Shown piece by piece: positions 16,945 to 20,953 of a DNA stretch of 20,953 bases. The DNA is taken from positions 1 to 20,953 of the forward strand of contig JAYTHP010000250.1 in assembly GCA_043732485.1 (NCBI GenBank), written 5' to 3'. Origin of the DNA: Oligoflexia bacterium. Lineage in GTDB: Bacteria; Bdellovibrionota; UBA1018. A model generated the notes under the pieces. The model was not told where the DNA came from, did no database searches, and worked only from the letters and a program-made list of their open reading frames with translations. Each line of letters begins with the position of its first letter. Position 1 is the stretch's first letter. Made by a program: the position numbers and the translations under genes.

Positions 16945-19698
16945 ATGGATCACACCACAACCCATTCCTCAGAAAAAATGACACCTCAGCTTTCATCTTG
17001 CCTGGCTGAAGCCCTGAAGCTGGTGCCGCCCAGCTGGCCTTTACAAAACACGGTGGCAGTCAATCCGTTTTGGTTTCAAACGGAGCAGTCCTTTGAGCAG
17101 TTGCTGAGCGATCTTGCGCCGGTGTTTCAGGTCCCGTTGTTCATGCCGCTTAGTTACTATTTGCATAAATTTCACGAAGGAGCCATCACCCACTCGGCGT
17201 TAGCCGAGGCGCTTGCAAACACCCCTCGCAGCAAGGATCCGCTAACTGCGCGACGACCTGCAAGCCTCACTCCGGGCGATCCTCAGACGCCGCCTACGCC
17301 TACTTCTGCTCGAGATGAGCCAGGGACAATCGTTAGTGCTGTGGCAGAGTTTTTGCAAGGTTGCCAAGCCCAAGCCGAGGCGTTGGCTGCGCGTGGCCTC
17401 TTCCCTTGCTTTCAAAGCTGGAGTGAGGTCTATGAACCAGAAAACCGCTGGGCTGCCAGGATCAGCGATTCCTTAGGAAAATTTTGTGCAGCGTATCTGG
17501 ATGAGCAGCAGGCCTTGGTCAGGTTGCCTTGGCAAGGGCTGGGCTTTTGGCAGGCCTGGCACTCAGCCCAGCAACACGACCTGAGTTGGGAGCTGGCCTG
17601 GGGGCGGAGGCAACGACCGCGGGGGGGAGGGGTTGGGGGTGGTGGCGGCTGGCGGCAGATCCTGGCGGCCTTACAGCAACACCCCTCTGGCATGGCAATC
17701 CAACTGATGCTCGCCCACATGGGCGTCTCTGAGAGCGCGCAGCTGGCGTACTTGCAAAGGCTGCTTGCCACCTGCCTGGGGTGGGCTTCGCAGTTTCGGC
17801 TTGCCGCATGGCAAAAAGCGTTGGGCTATCCAGTTGCCGCTTGCGAAGCCGCCGACTTGCAGGATTTACTGGCCGTGCGGATGGCTTACGATTACGCCCT
17901 GTTTTGCCGCGCTGAGCAATCCAAGCTCGACCCAGCAGAACTTGCTGCCCAAAGGCGTTGCTTTCAGGAGTCGCTGCAGCGTCACCCTGGCCGCGACTGG
18001 CAAGACTTCTGGCAAGAGCGCTGCTGGCAGCGGGCTTTTGAGTTGAGCTATCAAAGCCAAATTGCCGAGCAGCTGAAGACGAATGACCGACAACACCAAC
18101 TAGCTCTCAGCTCCAGCAATTCGGCGGATCAGATTGCAAGCGGAGTGGAGGCCCAGCTGGTGTTTTGCATCGACGTGCGCTCAGAGATGTTGCGCAGACA
18201 CCTGGAGCGTTGCAATCCTCGCTTGCAAACCCTCGGCTTTGCGGGCTTCTTTGGCTTACCGTTTGCTTACCAAGCCACGGGTGATGCCAAGGCCAGCCAC
18301 CGGTTACCCGTGCTTTTAGCTCCCGCGTTTCAGGTGAGTGATCCTGCGGGTCATCGGCATGACGGTGGTGTGGTGGGGGACCAGGGCACGAAGCACCAGC
18401 AACCTCAGCATCGCCCTCGCCCTTCGTTTTTCGTGCAGTTGGCAGGTTTTTTGCGGAGCCTCAGGAAAAACTCGTTTTCGTCGTTTGTCTACGTGGAGTG
18501 GTTCGGGGCGCTTTATTTGGAAAAACTACTCACGCGCACTCTGCTTGCAAGCTTGCGGCGCGGGCTGGCGCTCAGGCAGTCGCAGTTAATCCCGCAGCGC
18601 TTTCAGCTTAGCGGGGGGCGGGGGGTGCAAACGACAGCGCCGCTACCGTCCTCCTCCTCTTCCCCTTCCTTTGCTTGCGCACGCTTTGCCTTAAGCGCCT
18701 CGGCTGTAGAGAAAATCGAGCGGGCGGCTGCCGTTTTAAGTCACTTAGGGTTAGGCACGCCGCTTGCGCCGCTGGTGCTACTCATCGGCCATGGCAGCGT
18801 CACCACCAATAACGCCTTCGGCTCGGCGTTGGATTGTGGCGCTTGCGGTGGCCACGCAGGCGATGTCAACGCCCGGGTGCTGGCTGATCTTTTGAACGAT
18901 CCTGGGGTGCGCGCGGGGCTTGCGGCAAAAGGAAGAGCGATCCCTCCCACCACCTGGTTTGTGGCCGGGGTGCATGAAACGGTGAGCGATGAGGTTTACG
19001 TGCTGGAAGCAGAGAGCGTTCCCGTTGCCTGGCAAGCCGCTCTGGCGAACAGGGTGCAGGAGTTGGCAAAGGCTTCCGCCGACACCCGAGTAGAAAGGCG
19101 CACGGCGCGCTCAGGGCAACCCCTGCGGCCTGCGGATCGTCGTTCAGCTGACTGGGCTGAGCTGCGTCCGGAGTGGGGTCTGGCGGGGAATGCCTGTTTT
19201 ATTGTTGCCCCGCGCCACAGGACTCAAGGGGTGTGTTTGGGTAGCCGAGCTTTTTTGCATGATTATGATTGGCGCAAGGACGCTGAGCAGGGTTACAAGA
19301 CGCTCGAGCTGATCATGACGGCCCCCATGGTGGTGACCCACTGGATCAATTTGCAATACTATGCCTCAACGGTCGCACCTTGCGTGTTTGGCGCCGGCAG
19401 CAAAGTCTTGCATAACCTGACCAACGAAAACGCAGTGGTGGAGGGCAACGGCGGTGATCTGCGGATCGGTTTGCCATGGCAATCCGTGCATGATGGCGTG
19501 ACGTGGGTGCATGACCCGCTCAGGCTCAGTGTGTTCATCGAAGCGCCACTCGCAGAAATCGAAAAGGTGATTGCCAAGCACGAAGGGGTGCGTCATCTCG
19601 TCGAGCACGAATGGCTGCACTTATTCTCTCTCACCCCGGCAGAGGGCCTAGAAGAGGGGTTGCAAGTCACCGCCAGGCGGCCGGCCAATTTTGCTTGA
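16945..19698 (+). CDS. dabA: DabA/MpsB (DUF2309) beta-carbonic-anhydrase-like subunit of an inorganic carbon transporter
   Basis: PPSWPLQNTVAVNPF, FCIDVRSE, GFAGFFG, GHGS, LDCGACGG, DWAELRPEWGLA, RAFLHDYD, IMTAPMVV.HWINLQYYASTV, GDLRIGLPWQSV. Cys/Asp/His/Cys Zn ligands present. ATG 16945 follows GGAG. Confidence 0.95.
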   Translation: MDHTTTHSSEKMTPQLSSCLAEALKLVPPSWPLQNTVAVNPFWFQTEQSFEQLLSDLAPVFQVPLFMPLSYYLHKFHEGAITHSALAEALANTPRSKDPLTARRPASLTPGDPQTPPTPTSARDEPGTIVSAVAEFLQGCQAQAEALAARGLFPCFQSWSEVYEPENRWAARISDSLGKFCAAYLDEQQALVRLPWQGLGFWQAWHSAQQHDLSWELAWGRRQRPRGGGVGGGGGWRQILAALQQHPSGMAIQLMLAHMGVSESAQLAYLQRLLATCLGWASQFRLAAWQKALGYPVAACEAADLQDLLAVRMAYDYALFCRAEQSKLDPAELAAQRRCFQESLQRHPGRDWQDFWQERCWQRAFELSYQSQIAEQLKTNDRQHQLALSSSNSADQIASGVEAQLVFCIDVRSEMLRRHLERCNPRLQTLGFAGFFGLPFAYQATGDAKASHRLPVLLAPAFQVSDPAGHRHDGGVVGDQGTKHQQPQHRPRPSFFVQLAGFLRSLRKNSFSSFVYVEWFGALYLEKLLTRTLLASLRRGLALRQSQLIPQRFQLSGGRGVQTTAPLPSSSSSPSFACARFALSASAVEKIERAAAVLSHLGLGTPLAPLVLLIGHGSVTTNNAFGSALDCGACGGHAGDVNARVLADLLNDPGVRAGLAAKGRAIPPTTWFVAGVHETVSDEVYVLEAESVPVAWQAALANRVQELAKASADTRVERRTARSGQPLRPADRRSADWAELRPEWGLAGNACFIVAPRHRTQGVCLGSRAFLHDYDWRKDAEQGYKTLELIMTAPMVVTHWINLQYYASTVAPCVFGAGSKVLHNLTNENAVVEGNGGDLRIGLPWQSVHDGVTWVHDPLRLSVFIEAPLAEIEKVIAKHEGVRHLVEHEWLHLFSLTPAEGLEEGLQVTARRPANFA

Positions 19699-19731
19699 GT
19701 AAAACGGGGTAAGCGTTTGAAGAGGCGTTTA

Positions 19732-19753
19732 TCCCCCTGTGTCCCCCTGTGTC
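19732..19753 (+). repeat. 10-bp tandem duplication TCCCCCTGTG x2
   Basis: Read directly, just downstream of the dabA stop. Confidence 0.85.
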
Positions 19754-19853
19754 GCTCGTTTTGGGTGGGTTGTAGCTCAGGTTGACAGGTTTTTTGAGAA
19801 TCACGAGTTGGCAATAGTCTAGCGGTGTTTTGGGAGAAGTCGTCACTTGCCTG

Positions 19854-20953
19854 TTATAGGGTGAGCTCTTGATCCGAAAATCGAGCTTGCGTCTCTGCAT
19901 CGCGTTCCGCCAGCTTTAATCGAGTGTGGGAGGTCTGATCTAGGCCTCGAGTGATTGCTTCTGACGTTAAATAACCATAGCCTGTCGGTAAAAAAAACGT
20001 CATGCGATTTAGCTCCTGGCTGAAAGAAAGACCCACGACCTTTTTCGGCTTGCCTATCGAGGACTCAAGCGCGTAACTACTAAAAAGCAGGGGTGTCTTG
20101 CCCATTTTTAGTTTGCACTGCAGCCCCAGATGGTGGGTTAGCCAAACCTGGAGACCCTGCCTTGTGGGAGAAGAGACCGGCAGCTGCGCAAGAATCGATA
20201 ACCCCTTAGTATAGCTTGCATCATTAAGTTCTCGATAAGTTCTCGATAAGTTCTCGATTTTGCAGCAACAGATTGAAGCTGGTTCGTGACCCTGCATGTA
20301 AACGAAAGTTCTTCGATAAAGACTCGGATACGGGTCAGCTTAGGGAAACCCTTTCTCAACGTAGGCAGCGGTGAGCCCTCCGCAGCCGCCCCTGGAAATG
20401 CTATAAGATCCAACACCCAAAGCTCCCAATCGGCTAAGTGACTAATCCCTTGAAAGCGCCCTTTACTGCGTAGCTTGGGTGGTAAAAATAAAGCCGCCTT
20501 GGTTTGCTGCAGTCGTCTTTGTCCCCCATAGGAGAGCGTTAGGAGTCTCTTAAAAGAGGATCTTTTAGAGAGTTGCGCTTTCAGAAGGTTGCCAACTTAG
20601 TGCCCGAGATCAGCAAGCACTGCGATCGGATCACAGTCCCTATCTTCCTGAATATAAACTCGGATTCCCTTCATTAAGTCGCCTCCTCCATCCTTCAATA
20701 CCGCCATAGGCTGTCCGGTAACCTGAAACGCTGATTCGAAACTTTTAGTAACCGCCTCTCCAGCTGGGCTTTTTACAATTTTGAGAAAAACAACCTCGCA
20801 GTCCTCAAGCTTGACAGCACTCCCACCCGCTTCCAGCGGCGACGCCAGTACTCTCAAAATAACGATCGCCTTGCGCCCACTGACGTCAATTGAGGTGTCA
20901 ATAGTCGCAATTCACGCCCACCCGCAAACTCCAGTCTATAATCGACACAAAGT
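19854..20953 (-). pseudogene. Degraded DDE-like transposase of an unclassified family, runs off the window edge
   Basis: One frame reads *IATIDTSIDVSGRKAIVILRV...PMAVLKDGGGDLMKG...ADLGH*VGNLLK...FLPPKLRSKGRFQGI...; after a frameshift, LLFSSYALESSIGK. D, D, DxxH and E motifs are in order. Stops at 20912-20914 and 20597-20599. Confidence 0.65.
20225..20257 (+). repeat. 11-bp tandem repeat TAAGTTCTCGA x3 inside the transposase pseudogene
   Basis: Three exact copies at 20225, 20236 and 20247; located at the frame break. Confidence 0.92.

Noticed and set aside
12236..19698. Functional link between fabI and the DAB pump (bicarbonate for fatty-acid synthesis)
   Set aside because: Separate transcription units, no acc genes here; proximity alone is not evidence.
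15361..19814. Numerous alternative-frame and antisense ORFs within dabB and dabA (likewise within cheB, recQ, fabI)
   Set aside because: Shadow ORFs expected in GC-rich coding DNA; no recognisable domains.

Overview
Bacterial chromosomal window; the gene styles suggest Bdellovibrionota/Oligoflexia or another deltaproteobacterial lineage, which is inference only. Intact genes, left to right: a CheB methylesterase with an extra CheD-like N-terminal segment (open at the window edge), a TPR-like hypothetical, a TIGR01777 epimerase-SRPBCC fusion, a Phd/YefM antitoxin, xthA, recQ, fabI, a YbhB/YbcL PEBP protein, and an NhaR-like LysR regulator divergent from a dabB-dabA (NuoL-like + DUF2309) inorganic-carbon pump operon, with a T-N11-A box between them. 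Decayed DNA is interspersed: a LamG surface-protein pseudogene abutting a dead 904-bp IS5-family element (TIRs and TA flanks visible), a RelE-HTH toxin-antitoxin pair with both genes broken but promoter and operator intact, a toxin stub after the Phd gene, and an unclassified DDE-like transposase pseudogene at the right edge. Best leads: the LysR-DAB module with a Lys-to-Gln change in the DabB KSAQ motif, the CheD-like/CheB fusion, and a ~172-nt strand-asymmetric structured-RNA candidate at 5964-6135. All calls come from reading motifs by eye; no searches were run.
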